The notes beneath the pieces are model-generated. The model saw only the letters and a list, made by a program, of their open reading frames with translations. It was not told the origin of the DNA and ran no database searches. The translations under genes and the position numbers were made by a program. A DNA stretch of 64,000 nucleotides from Patescibacteria group bacterium (GTDB taxonomy: Bacteria; Patescibacteriota; Microgenomatia; UBA10105; UBA927), in contig JBMOPU010000033.1 in NCBI GenBank assembly GCA_049322955.1, forward strand, positions 128,784 through 192,783. Direction: 5' to 3'. Shown piece after piece: positions 1 through 8,647 of the stretch. How positions within the stretch are numbered: the stretch's first letter is position 1; each line of letters begins with the position of its first letter.

Positions 1-1344
1 CGGGCAAGTAAAGACCAATTGAAACAACTGTGCGCTATCAAAGGATTGGTCGTTGATCCGTTGGGAAAGATCGTGGAGCTTCCGACCAAGAGTAACTACC
101 GCGAAGGACTTTCCATCTTCGAGTACGTTACCAGTACTCGCGGATCGCGCAAAGGTCTTACGGACTCGGCACTCAAAACCGCCGATGCCGGATACCTGAC
201 CCGACGTCTTGTCGATGTCGCTCATGATGTCATCATCAGAATGCATGATTGCGGAACCACTGAAGGATGGGCGCTTTCACGCAAAGACGGTCGCCAGATG
301 GCCTTTGCCGCACGTCTTGCAGGACGGTTCAGCGCCGAAGATGTCGTTGTTCCGGGAAGCAAGAAAGTGCTGGTCAAACAGGGCGAGGAAATCACGGAAG
401 ATATTGCCCGTCAGATCGACGAGGCAAATGTTGAAACCGTCGTCGTCCGTTCACCGATTGCCTGTACCGCAAAGATCGGTATCTGCGCAATTTGCTATGG
501 CCGCGACTATGCGACAACCAAATTAGTGGAACTCGGCACTCCCGTAGGAGTTATGGCGGCACAATCGATCGGAGAACCGGGAACGCAACTTACCATGCGA
601 GTGAGACACGCGGGAGGAATCGTCGGATTGGACGTTACGCAGGGATTGCCTCGTGTGGAAGAACTGTTCGAAGCACGAACGCCCAGAAACCTTTCGCCGG
701 TTTCGGAAATTGCCGGAAAAGCGGAAGTAACCGAAACCCCGCAAGGGTATAAGGTCAAAGTGGTGAATAACACCATGAAGCCCGTTGAAGAACGCGAATA
801 CCTTGTTCCGCTTACCAGCGAACTGAATGTAAAGACCGGAGATTTGGTGGCGGCGGGAGATCAATTGGGGAGCGGCTATCTTGATATCAAGGAAGTACTG
901 CAGGTCCGCGGACTCGCGGGGGCTCAGTATTACCTTATCAACGAGGTACAAAAAGTGTACGAATCACAGGGTATCTCGATCCACGACAAACATTTTGAGG
1001 CGATTGCCCGCAAAATGAGTGATAAAGTGCGTATCGATACTTCAGGCGACACGATGCTTCTTCCCGGAGAGCTGGTTGACAAAAACCGCTTCCGCGAAGA
1101 AAATGCACGAGTGCTTGCGGAAGGCGGCGAACCGTCAACGGCACACATTGTCGTCCTGGGTATTACGAGAGCGGCGCTCTATACCGAAAGCTGGTTGTCA
1201 GCGGCATCATTCCAGGAAACAACCAACGTGTTGACCGATGCGGCTCTTGCCACCAAAGAAGACAAGTTGTTAGGACTCAAAGAAAACGTTATAATCGGAC
1301 GACTCATTCCGGTTTCCCCGGAACGGGCGGCGATTCACGAATAA
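1..1344 (+). CDS. rpoC: RNA polymerase beta' subunit, C-terminal part (5'-truncated by window)
   Basis: Frame open from base 1; bridge helix [58 protein letters not shown]. Confidence 0.98.
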   Translation, partial: RASKDQLKQLCAIKGLVVDPLGKIVELPTKSNYREGLSIFEYVTSTRGSRKGLTDSALKTADAGYLTRRLVDVAHDVIIRMHDCGTTEGWALSRKDGRQMAFAARLAGRFSAEDVVVPGSKKVLVKQGEEITEDIARQIDEANVETVVVRSPIACTAKIGICAICYGRDYATTKLVELGTPVGVMAAQSIGEPGTQLTMRVRHAGGIVGLDVTQGLPRVEELFEARTPRNLSPVSEIAGKAEVTETPQGYKVKVVNNTMKPVEEREYLVPLTSELNVKTGDLVAAGDQLGSGYLDIKEVLQVRGLAGAQYYLINEVQKVYESQGISIHDKHFEAIARKMSDKVRIDTSGDTMLLPGELVDKNRFREENARVLAEGGEPSTAHIVVLGITRAALYTESWLSAASFQETTNVLTDAALATKEDKLLGLKENVIIGRLIPVSPERAAIHE

Positions 1345-1348
1345 TACT

Positions 1349-1786
1349 ATGCCAACAGTCAATCAATTAGTTCGCCAAGGGCGACATCATAAATCAAAAA
1401 AGGTGAAAGCCACCGCGCTTCGCAAGTTTTTTAATGCGAAAGACGGGGTGACGAAATCACTGCCGGCTCCGTTCAAGCGGGGAGTGGTGACGCTGGTCAA
1501 AACCATGACGCCGAAAAAGCCGAATTCGGCACTTCGGAAGGTAGCCCGCGTGCGGCTTTCAAACAAACAGGAAGTGACGGCATATATTCCCGGTATCGGT
1601 CATGAGTTGACCGAACACGCCATCGTGCTTGTCCGCGGCGGCCGTGTCCCTGATTTGCCAGGAGTAAAATACCATATTGTCCGAGGTAAGTTTGATACGA
1701 CCGGAGTGGTCACAAGGCGCCAAGGGCGCAGTCGATATGGAACCAAGAAAACGCAAAGCGGACCGACTCCCGCATCAGCAAACTAA
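1349..1786 (+). CDS. rpsL: 30S ribosomal protein S12
   Basis: [38 protein letters not shown]. Confidence 0.99.
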   Translation: MPTVNQLVRQGRHHKSKKVKATALRKFFNAKDGVTKSLPAPFKRGVVTLVKTMTPKKPNSALRKVARVRLSNKQEVTAYIPGIGHELTEHAIVLVRGGRVPDLPGVKYHIVRGKFDTTGVVTRRQGRSRYGTKKTQSGPTPASAN

Positions 1787-1795
1787 TCCTATCCT

Positions 1796-2272
1796 ATGAG
1801 AACAAGCAAAACATACCATAAACTTCTTCCCGCCGATCCTATGTACGGCAATCGTCTCGTGTCACGATTTGTGAATCGCGTGATGATTGACGGAAAAAAG
1901 ACCGTTGCCGAGGGCCAGGTGTATAAAGCGCTTGATCTTATTAAGGCAAAGACCAACGATGATCCCATCAAAGTGTTCGAAAACGCGATCAATAACGTCG
2001 GGCCCAAAACGGAAGTAAAAGCACGTCGTGTCGGAGGAGCAAGTTATCAGGTTCCTATGGAAGTCCGCGGTGACCGACGCGTATCGCTTGCCATCCGTTG
2101 GATTGTCGAATTTGCCAAGAAACGAAGCAATCGTGAATTCCATACGTTTGCGGAAAAACTTGCGGCGGAGATATTGGATGCCGCAAACAATGTCGGAGAA
2201 GCGATTAAGAAGCGAGATACCGTACATCGTATGGCAGATGCAAACAAGGCGTTTGCCCACTTCCGATGGTAA
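1796..2272 (+). CDS. rpsG: 30S ribosomal protein S7
   Basis: EVKARRVGGASYQVP, HRMADANKAFAHFRW. Confidence 0.99.
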   Translation: MRTSKTYHKLLPADPMYGNRLVSRFVNRVMIDGKKTVAEGQVYKALDLIKAKTNDDPIKVFENAINNVGPKTEVKARRVGGASYQVPMEVRGDRRVSLAIRWIVEFAKKRSNREFHTFAEKLAAEILDAANNVGEAIKKRDTVHRMADANKAFAHFRW

Positions 2273-2871
2273 AGGATTCCCCGATCCACGCGCATTTTCA
2301 AAAAGTTGATCCTGTGCTTTATTCCCTGTTGCCGTCACGAGTCGTTCGGCTTGCGCCGAGTAACCCCCGTGAGTACTTTGTCAGCATGTGTCGTACCATT
2401 ATCGGACAACAACTGTCCACGACGGCGGCAGATACCATCTATGCACGATTTTGCGCGCTGTTCGGAAGAAGGCGCATCAGTCCCTCGGCCGTTTTGGCGC
2501 TTCCCGATGAAACACTCCGTAAGGTGGGTATGTCGTATGCCAAAATTCGCTTTATGAAAGACTGGGCGCAACGGGTGAATTCGGGTGATATCCCGCTTCC
2601 CGCGCTTTCGGCGATGGATAACGACGGTGTTATTGCGGTACTTACCAAAACAAAAGGAATCGGGAAGTGGACCGCTGAAATGTTTCTGATGTTCACGTTA
2701 GGGAGGGAAGACGTATTTTCGTTCGGTGATCTGGGGCTCAAACGGGCAATTCAGACGGCGTATAAATTGCGTCGCGAACCGTCTCTCCGCTTCATGGAAA
2801 AACTGAGCAGGCGATGGATGCCGTACAGAACCTACGCCGCTCTTGCGTTATGGGCGTTTAAGGATCGATAA
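2266..2871 (+). CDS. DNA-3-methyladenine glycosylase II (AlkA/HhH-GPD family)
   Basis: IIGQQLS, HhH motif LTKTKGIGKWTAEMFLMF, GDLGL, WMPYRTYAALALW; overlaps rpsG stop. Confidence 0.9.
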   Translation: MVKDSPIHAHFQKVDPVLYSLLPSRVVRLAPSNPREYFVSMCRTIIGQQLSTTAADTIYARFCALFGRRRISPSAVLALPDETLRKVGMSYAKIRFMKDWAQRVNSGDIPLPALSAMDNDGVIAVLTKTKGIGKWTAEMFLMFTLGREDVFSFGDLGLKRAIQTAYKLRREPSLRFMEKLSRRWMPYRTYAALALWAFKDR

Positions 2872-2882
2872 TAGAAAGAGCT

Positions 2883-3269
2883 TTGAAATTATTCATTACC
2901 CTCGTTATCCTCGGTGTTCTGGGAATAGGTATCCGATACGGATTTCTGTTGCGACAAACAGCCCGCGCCTGTAACGCCGTGTATCAGGAATCACTCGATA
3001 CCATAGCCGCACAATCGCAAACCGTGCTCGCTGACAACAAAACCTCGTGTATTAACTCATACTCACTCCTCACCGAATGGGATGCCTGTCTTACGAAGGG
3101 AAAAGATGTTGTTCCCGATACGCTTCTTCCGGTCGTCGACCCCGTCGTTTCGAATGTCATGCTGTTTTTCCGCGAAAAACGAAAGGATATGACGGTACTC
3201 AAAAAGGAACACGATGTCCGGTGCAAAGGGTACACCGAGCTCATATTTTTCCCTCCTGATGCGGAGTGA
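2883..3269 (+). CDS. Hypothetical membrane-anchored protein with four Cys
   Basis: N-terminal hydrophobic helix; fills gap between co-oriented genes; TTG start. Confidence 0.6.
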   Translation: MKLFITLVILGVLGIGIRYGFLLRQTARACNAVYQESLDTIAAQSQTVLADNKTSCINSYSLLTEWDACLTKGKDVVPDTLLPVVDPVVSNVMLFFREKRKDMTVLKKEHDVRCKGYTELIFFPPDAE

Positions 3270-3278
3270 AACGCGTCT

Positions 3279-3902
3279 ATGCAAGGCGGCTTACACAAAA
3301 TAACCGTGCAAAAGCCAAACAGAAAACGCCTCTTTATCGCCATACCAATAGAAGGCTCATGGCAGTCGGCTCTTGCCGCATTGCAAACGAAAGCTGAAGA
3401 ATCACATGCCACAAGTGCCGTGCCTACCCATTGGACACCGCCTCATCATTTTCATATCACCGTTCGGTTTGTCGGTACTGTCGATAAACGCTATATTCCG
3501 GGGATTATTGCGGCAATTCGTGTGCTCACCGGCAGGCATCGGACATTTTTGTTACCGTTTCACGGAATCGAATATGCGACCCGAAATGAACCAAAAATGA
3601 TATGGGCACGGTTTGCCAAAACCGCATCGTTCAACGGACTGGTTCGGGAAATGACGCGTCAGATTTCCCGTTTCCTGCAAACGCGCGGGGATGTCCGGTT
3701 ACTCCGGTCCGGCCATCGTGTTATTCCCCACGTAACGCTTGCCCGCGCGAAAGGCAATTTAACTGCTACGGGAATGCGTTCTCCCGATGCGGTGCGTCAT
3801 GATCTCCTTCTTCCCGTCACGTCGCTAGTTCTGTATGAATCGGTAAGCGAGCAAGGTCATACCGACTATAAAACGCTTGCAACGTTTCAATTACCTCGCT
3901 AA
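3279..3902 (+). CDS. thpR: RNA 2',3'-cyclic phosphodiesterase / 2'-5' RNA ligase (2H phosphoesterase)
   Basis: RLFIAI plus two HxT motifs (HITVRF, PHVTLAR), LYES. Confidence 0.88.
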   Translation: MQGGLHKITVQKPNRKRLFIAIPIEGSWQSALAALQTKAEESHATSAVPTHWTPPHHFHITVRFVGTVDKRYIPGIIAAIRVLTGRHRTFLLPFHGIEYATRNEPKMIWARFAKTASFNGLVREMTRQISRFLQTRGDVRLLRSGHRVIPHVTLARAKGNLTATGMRSPDAVRHDLLLPVTSLVLYESVSEQGHTDYKTLATFQLPR

Positions 3903-3919
3903 GGCGGTACTATAGAAGC

Positions 3920-5128
3920 ATGAGGATCAAATATGCATTCCTCGTAGTTCTTTTTGCCGTTATTGCGTACGGCGCATGGTTTGTGTACACCAACCTGCGC
4001 GGGAGCGGTGCGGCGTTTGGTCCGATCCCGCAATTGCCGGAACAACCCGTAGAGCCGTCGGGGACGGCTCCCGGCAATACCACCGGTCTTCCGCTCACCC
4101 TGCCGCCGGGATTTTCACTTTCGGTATATGCAAAGAATCTCGGTGCGCCGCGGGTGCTTGCAGAGGATTCGACCGGGACAATCCTTACCAGTATTCCGTC
4201 ACAGAGCAAGGTGGTGGCATTACCGGATGCCGATAGTGACGGCGTAGCGGATACCGTGATCACGGTTGTCGAGGGACTTTCCCTTCCGCACGGTATCGCG
4301 TTTCATGACACACGGCTATATGTGGCCGAAACCGACGCGGTCTCTTCATATGCCTACGATCCGACGAACAAAAAAGCGACGGATAAAAAAAAGCTTTTTG
4401 ATCTTCCCGCGGGCGGGAATCATTTCTCGCGCTCGATAGGATTCGGTCCCGACGGAAAACTTTATGTTTCCATAGGCTCCAGCTGTAACGTCTGCGTGGA
4501 AAAGGATCCCCGAAGAGGAGCGATATTTGTTGCCAATGCGGACGGTTCGGATTTTCGTAGCTTCGCCACGGGATTACGAAATACGGTGTTTTTTACTTGG
4601 CATCCTCAAACAAATGAAATGTGGGGGACGGATATGGGGAGGGATCTTTTGGGAGACAACACGCCGTTTGAAGAAGTAAATATCATTAAAAACGGCGGCT
4701 TTTACGGTTGGCCGTATTGTTACAACAATAAAACGCATGACACGACCTTCGATGCAAGTACCAAAGCCAGGGAAAAATGCGAGGCAAGTATTTCGCCGCA
4801 TATAACATTTCAGGCACACTCGGCGCCGTTGGGTTTGGCGTTTATTCCCGACGAATGGCCTGCCGATTATCGGGGTGATCTGCTCGTAGCCTATCACGGA
4901 TCCTGGAACAGGAGTATGCCGACGGGATACAAAATCGTGCGATTTGATCTCGATGAACGTCAAATCGCCAAGACAGAAACCGATTTCATTGCAGGTTGGC
5001 TTGTGGGTGACGGCGCGCTCGGCAGGCCGGCAGGGCTGTTGTTCGGGCGTGATGCGGCACTCTATATAAGTGATGACAAGTCGGGGACGATCTACCGCAT
5101 GTTCCCCCGTTCGGCGGCAGGCAATTAA
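3920..5128 (+). CDS. PQQ-dependent sugar/sorbosone dehydrogenase family beta-propeller, membrane-anchored
   Basis: GPDGKLYVSIGSSCN, ATGLRN, DMGRD, GWPYCY, HSAPLG, HGSWNR. Confidence 0.88.
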   Translation: MRIKYAFLVVLFAVIAYGAWFVYTNLRGSGAAFGPIPQLPEQPVEPSGTAPGNTTGLPLTLPPGFSLSVYAKNLGAPRVLAEDSTGTILTSIPSQSKVVALPDADSDGVADTVITVVEGLSLPHGIAFHDTRLYVAETDAVSSYAYDPTNKKATDKKKLFDLPAGGNHFSRSIGFGPDGKLYVSIGSSCNVCVEKDPRRGAIFVANADGSDFRSFATGLRNTVFFTWHPQTNEMWGTDMGRDLLGDNTPFEEVNIIKNGGFYGWPYCYNNKTHDTTFDASTKAREKCEASISPHITFQAHSAPLGLAFIPDEWPADYRGDLLVAYHGSWNRSMPTGYKIVRFDLDERQIAKTETDFIAGWLVGDGALGRPAGLLFGRDAALYISDDKSGTIYRMFPRSAAGN

Positions 5129-6835
5129 TTAGCCGAAGGTGAATGCATACAGCTCTATATCCCCGTCAAGAACTTCAAGCTTGAGGATATGTTTGCCTGC
5201 GCTTGGGAGTTTAATAAGCTTATATAACCGGTCGGTGGTTATCTTAACGTTACTTTGCTCAACATCTTCGCCTTTGAACTTCTCGGGGACGGGCACACCG
5301 TCAAGGAAAACGCGGATTCCCCCTTTGGCATCCTCCTTGGGTCGCATGACGAGGAACACCTCTTTTGCCTCAAAGTGATAGGTGAGGGTGGCTCCCGTCT
5401 GCGGCATTGCCCGTTCTCCGCCGATCGTCCATTTGCCCGTGAATGCAAAGCTGTTCCTGGGAAGGATTGCGGGTGCGGAAAATTCCGTGAGAATATCCGG
5501 CCGAACCGGTTCGGGAGAAACAATTCCCGCCATCCGTTCATACCCTAAGTAGGTTTCCGGTGATCTCGTCTCCACGCGGTACGTCGGATTTTCGATCTTT
5601 TCATCAACGGTAGATCCCGCTTCTTTAAGAAGCCTTTGGATCATCTCTTCCGTTTCATCATAGTCGCCCTCACCGAAATGCGTGTAGCGGATTTTTCCGT
5701 TTTTATCGATGAGGTACTTGGCCGGCCAATAACGGTTGGCATACGCCCGCCAGGTTTTATAGTCGTTATCCTGCATGATGGGGTACGTAAGTTCAAAATC
5801 AGCGGCCGCTTTTTTCACGTTATCAAGATCTTTTTCGAACTCGAATTCAGGCGTATGTACGCCGACGATAACAAGTCCCTTGTCTTTATACTTTTCATGC
5901 CATGACCGGATGTAGGGGAGCGTACGAATGCAGTTTATGCAGGTGTACGTCCAGAAATCGACCAGCACCACTTTGCCGCGCAACTCTTGCATGGTGAGGG
6001 GCGCGGAGTTTATCCACTCACCGCCGGCAATAAATTCAGGTGCGTTGCCGTAATTATTCTCTAACAGATCGGTCATCATAGATCCTCCTTTTTGTAAGTC
6101 TGTTAACCGGTTTCGTACCAGTGCATTATCTTCAAGTTGGGTAAGCCCCGTGCCGTATGCGGGAAATTTGTCCAATATAAACGTCTGAAACGCTCGATCC
6201 CAGGAATGATAAATGGCGAATGCGGTAAGGAGCATAAGGATACCGAATGCTTTCTGAATCCGTGCGGTATTTGCCAGTAACCAAGGGTGGTTGGTAAGCA
6301 GTGACCTGCCGCCCAAGGTGATGGCAAGGAGGGGAATTGCCGTCCCTAGGGCGTATGCAAGGGTGATGATGACCGCGTTAAGCCCTACGGTGCTGGTGGC
6401 GGCAAGTGTAATGATAGATGCAAGAATAGGACCGACGCAGGGTGTCCAGAGCAATCCCAAACTCACCCCGACCAATATGCCCGAGAGATACCCGTCAGTT
6501 TGTGTTTGTTTGGGGACAAATGAGGTCACTTTTGAGAAGAATTTTTCCATTGTAATCTGGAACGCCGGGACAAGCAAACTGACGCCGAAAAAGGCGATAA
6601 CAACGACGGCAACGAGCCGCAGGGTATCAGCGGGAAGACCCGTGCTCCGTACTATCGCGGAAAGAAAAAGGGTAAAGAAGGTAAAACTTGCGACAAACCC
6701 GGTGACCACCCCCAACGGCCGGCGTTTGCCTCCCGTGATACTTCCCGAAAGGACCACCGGGAGGATAGGGAGAATACACGGGGAAAGGATGGTAATGAGT
6801 CCGCCGAGAAATGCAAAGAAAATTAGGATAATCAT
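5129..6835 (-). CDS. dipZ: DipZ-like protein (CcdA transmembrane domain + TlpA thioredoxin + C-terminal domain)
   Basis: LSPCILPILP, LWTPCVGPIL, DFWTYTCINC, GVHTPEF, SPETYLG. Confidence 0.9.
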   Translation of the reverse strand: MIILIFFAFLGGLITILSPCILPILPVVLSGSITGGKRRPLGVVTGFVASFTFFTLFLSAIVRSTGLPADTLRLVAVVVIAFFGVSLLVPAFQITMEKFFSKVTSFVPKQTQTDGYLSGILVGVSLGLLWTPCVGPILASIITLAATSTVGLNAVIITLAYALGTAIPLLAITLGGRSLLTNHPWLLANTARIQKAFGILMLLTAFAIYHSWDRAFQTFILDKFPAYGTGLTQLEDNALVRNRLTDLQKGGSMMTDLLENNYGNAPEFIAGGEWINSAPLTMQELRGKVVLVDFWTYTCINCIRTLPYIRSWHEKYKDKGLVIVGVHTPEFEFEKDLDNVKKAAADFELTYPIMQDNDYKTWRAYANRYWPAKYLIDKNGKIRYTHFGEGDYDETEEMIQRLLKEAGSTVDEKIENPTYRVETRSPETYLGYERMAGIVSPEPVRPDILTEFSAPAILPRNSFAFTGKWTIGGERAMPQTGATLTYHFEAKEVFLVMRPKEDAKGGIRVFLDGVPVPEKFKGEDVEQSNVKITTDRLYKLIKLPSAGKHILKLEVLDGDIELYAFTFG

Positions 6836-6837
6836 AG

Positions 6838-7302
6838 TTATTTTACCTTCGCGATAAGTTCGTTAAGATCGCCGCCATTCCACTTTGTTACCGCGTTGCC
6901 GTATGCGTCCACCTGGACAAACGTATGTTGGTAGGTCACTTCGTACTTTTTCTTCAATTCAGTAGCGGTGTCATAATCGGTTTTAAACAGAACCACACCT
7001 TCGGGGATACGTGCCGCTTCTTTCTGGAATGCCGCATCGGCGGGTCGGCAAGTAGGGCACCACTGCGCATGGAAAAAGAGTACGCGTTTTTTGTCGGCCG
7101 CCGCATCAAATGACGGTTGGGAATAGGGTACGTAGCGTCCTGTTTTTTGCGAGGTGCCTACATCTTCCCCGTCAACGACGGGAGTGAGTACCGGTACAGG
7201 TGAGTCGTGTGCGGTATCGGGTGGCGTGCGTCGGGGAACAATATAGATGCCAACAGCAACGATGCTGACAAGTGCGGCCGCGACGATTATGTAATGTTTC
7301 AT
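6838..7302 (-). CDS. Membrane-anchored thioredoxin-family protein
   Basis: FHAQWCPTC, VTYQHTFV; N-terminal TM segment; 2 nt upstream of dipZ. Confidence 0.85.
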   Translation of the reverse strand: MKHYIIVAAALVSIVAVGIYIVPRRTPPDTAHDSPVPVLTPVVDGEDVGTSQKTGRYVPYSQPSFDAAADKKRVLFFHAQWCPTCRPADAAFQKEAARIPEGVVLFKTDYDTATELKKKYEVTYQHTFVQVDAYGNAVTKWNGGDLNELIAKVK

Positions 7303-7350
7303 ACAATAAGTGTAGAGAAGTTCGCCGGGCTAATCAAATCATATGAAGGC

Positions 7351-7381
7351 TTGACTATAACGTTACGTTATCGTTTAGTAT
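7351..7381 (+). promoter_or_regulatory. MerR-type promoter: 19-bp spacer containing a dyad operator
   Basis: TTGACT(7351-7356), 19 nt, TAGTAT(7376-7381); spacer holds perfect dyad ATAACGT-T-ACGTTAT (7357-7371). Confidence 0.85.
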
Positions 7382-7387
7382 CACGAT

Positions 7388-8131
7388 ATGGTCTATACGG
7401 TTAAACAATTAGCAACCCTTGCGGGTATAAGCATCCGCACACTCCATTATTATGACGACATCGGTTTGCTTAAACCGTCGTTCGTGCGGCAAAACGGTTA
7501 TCGGGTCTATGAAGAAAAAGAATTGGTCAAACTACAACAAATATTGTTGTTCCGTGAGCTTGCATTTCCGCTCGAACAGATAAAGGAAATGATATATGCA
7601 AAAAAATTTGATATGAAAGCGGCGCTTCGTGATCAGCGAAAAATGCTGGTAATGAAAAAGAATCGGATAAACAAATTATTGAGCGTTGTGGATGCACAAT
7701 TGAAAGGAGGTGAGCATATGGCAAATCAGCATTCCTTCGGCGTATTTACCGATACGACCATGGAAGAATTTAAAGAGGAAGCGCGCAAGCGATGGGGGAA
7801 TACCGATGCATACAAACAATCCGCAGAGCGCACGAAACACTGGACAAAAGCAGACTATGACAGGATCGCGGAGGAGGGCACGAAATTCACCGAAGCGCTC
7901 TCAAAGCTCATGGATCGGGGAATAGCGGATGAAAAAGTCCAGCAAATGATACAGAAGCATTATGATGGCATTCAGGTATTTTATGATTGTCCTATTGAGA
8001 TGTACAGGAATTTAGGAGCAATGTATGTCGAAGATTCTCGCTTTCGCGCGTATTACGAAAAGTTCCGCAAAGGTATGGCGGAATTTATGAAAAATGCTAT
8101 CGCGTATTATTGCGATAGCCGAATGACCTAA
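7388..8131 (+). CDS. MerR-family regulator with TipAS antibiotic-recognition domain (TipA/Mta-like)
   Basis: YTVKQLA..SIRTLHYYDDIGLLKP, NGYRVY; C-terminal EEARKRWGNTDAYKQS, LGAMYVEDSRFRAYY. Confidence 0.92.
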   Translation: MVYTVKQLATLAGISIRTLHYYDDIGLLKPSFVRQNGYRVYEEKELVKLQQILLFRELAFPLEQIKEMIYAKKFDMKAALRDQRKMLVMKKNRINKLLSVVDAQLKGGEHMANQHSFGVFTDTTMEEFKEEARKRWGNTDAYKQSAERTKHWTKADYDRIAEEGTKFTEALSKLMDRGIADEKVQQMIQKHYDGIQVFYDCPIEMYRNLGAMYVEDSRFRAYYEKFRKGMAEFMKNAIAYYCDSRMT

Positions 8132-8268
8132 GCGAAATTCTCCGGGGTGATACGTACGCCCCGGAGGATTCGGGGTGATACCCGTGTGCAGATGGTATGA
8201 AAAATCTTCTCCCGGCTGTTTTCGGTTACGGCCAAAAAAATCGCATAGTATTTAAACAAGGGAAAAAA

Positions 8269-8297
8269 TTGCAAAATATGCAAGGAAAGCGTATAGT
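8269..8297 (+). promoter_or_regulatory. Sigma70-type promoter for small ORF
   Basis: TTGCAA-17 nt-TATAGT, 9 nt before ATG 8307. Confidence 0.55.
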
Positions 8298-8306
8298 CAA
8301 CGCGTT

Positions 8307-8561
8307 ATGGCGGCAGGAAAAGAGGATACGACAACAATAGATGCGGGGTGTGAATTTCTTCGTGGTCGGCAAATAGCTGATGTACAGGTGGAGGTCGTAG
8401 AACCGGTGCAAAAGGGAAGTTTGGGAAGATGTTTGGGTATGTGTCCCGATTGTCCGGCGTTACCAAGCAGAACGGTGACGTTTATTTCCGTAAGCAGGTT
8501 TCCCGCGTTAGGCATAGGAAACACGATTATCAAACCGGTGACCAGTGCGGAGACGGCATAG
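8307..8561 (+). CDS. Small hypothetical Cys-containing protein (84 aa)
   Basis: ORF with upstream promoter filling the merR-fusA gap; contains CLGMCPDC. Confidence 0.45.
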   Translation: MAAGKEDTTTIDAGCEFLRGRQIADVQVEVVEPVQKGSLGRCLGMCPDCPALPSRTVTFISVSRFPALGIGNTIIKPVTSAETA

Positions 8562-8587
8562 ACAACCGGCATATTTTCTAGTACAAT
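8559..8587 (+). promoter_or_regulatory. Promoter for fusA
   Basis: TAGACA-17 nt-TACAAT. Confidence 0.6.
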
Positions 8588-8620
8588 AATCTCCATAGAA
8601 GTGTTGAAGGAAATATTGGT

Positions 8621-8641
8621 CCCGCTTCGGCGGGTTTTTTT
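8621..8641 (+). terminator. Intrinsic-terminator-like hairpin immediately upstream of fusA
   Basis: CCCGC-TTCG-GCGGG followed by 7 T. Confidence 0.7.
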
Positions 8642-8647
8642 ATTACT

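Noticed and set aside
8140-8181. Hairpin and CGGGGTGATAC direct repeat after merR as a mobile-element end
   Set aside because: No transposase or second copy in the window; a simple 3' hairpin explains it.
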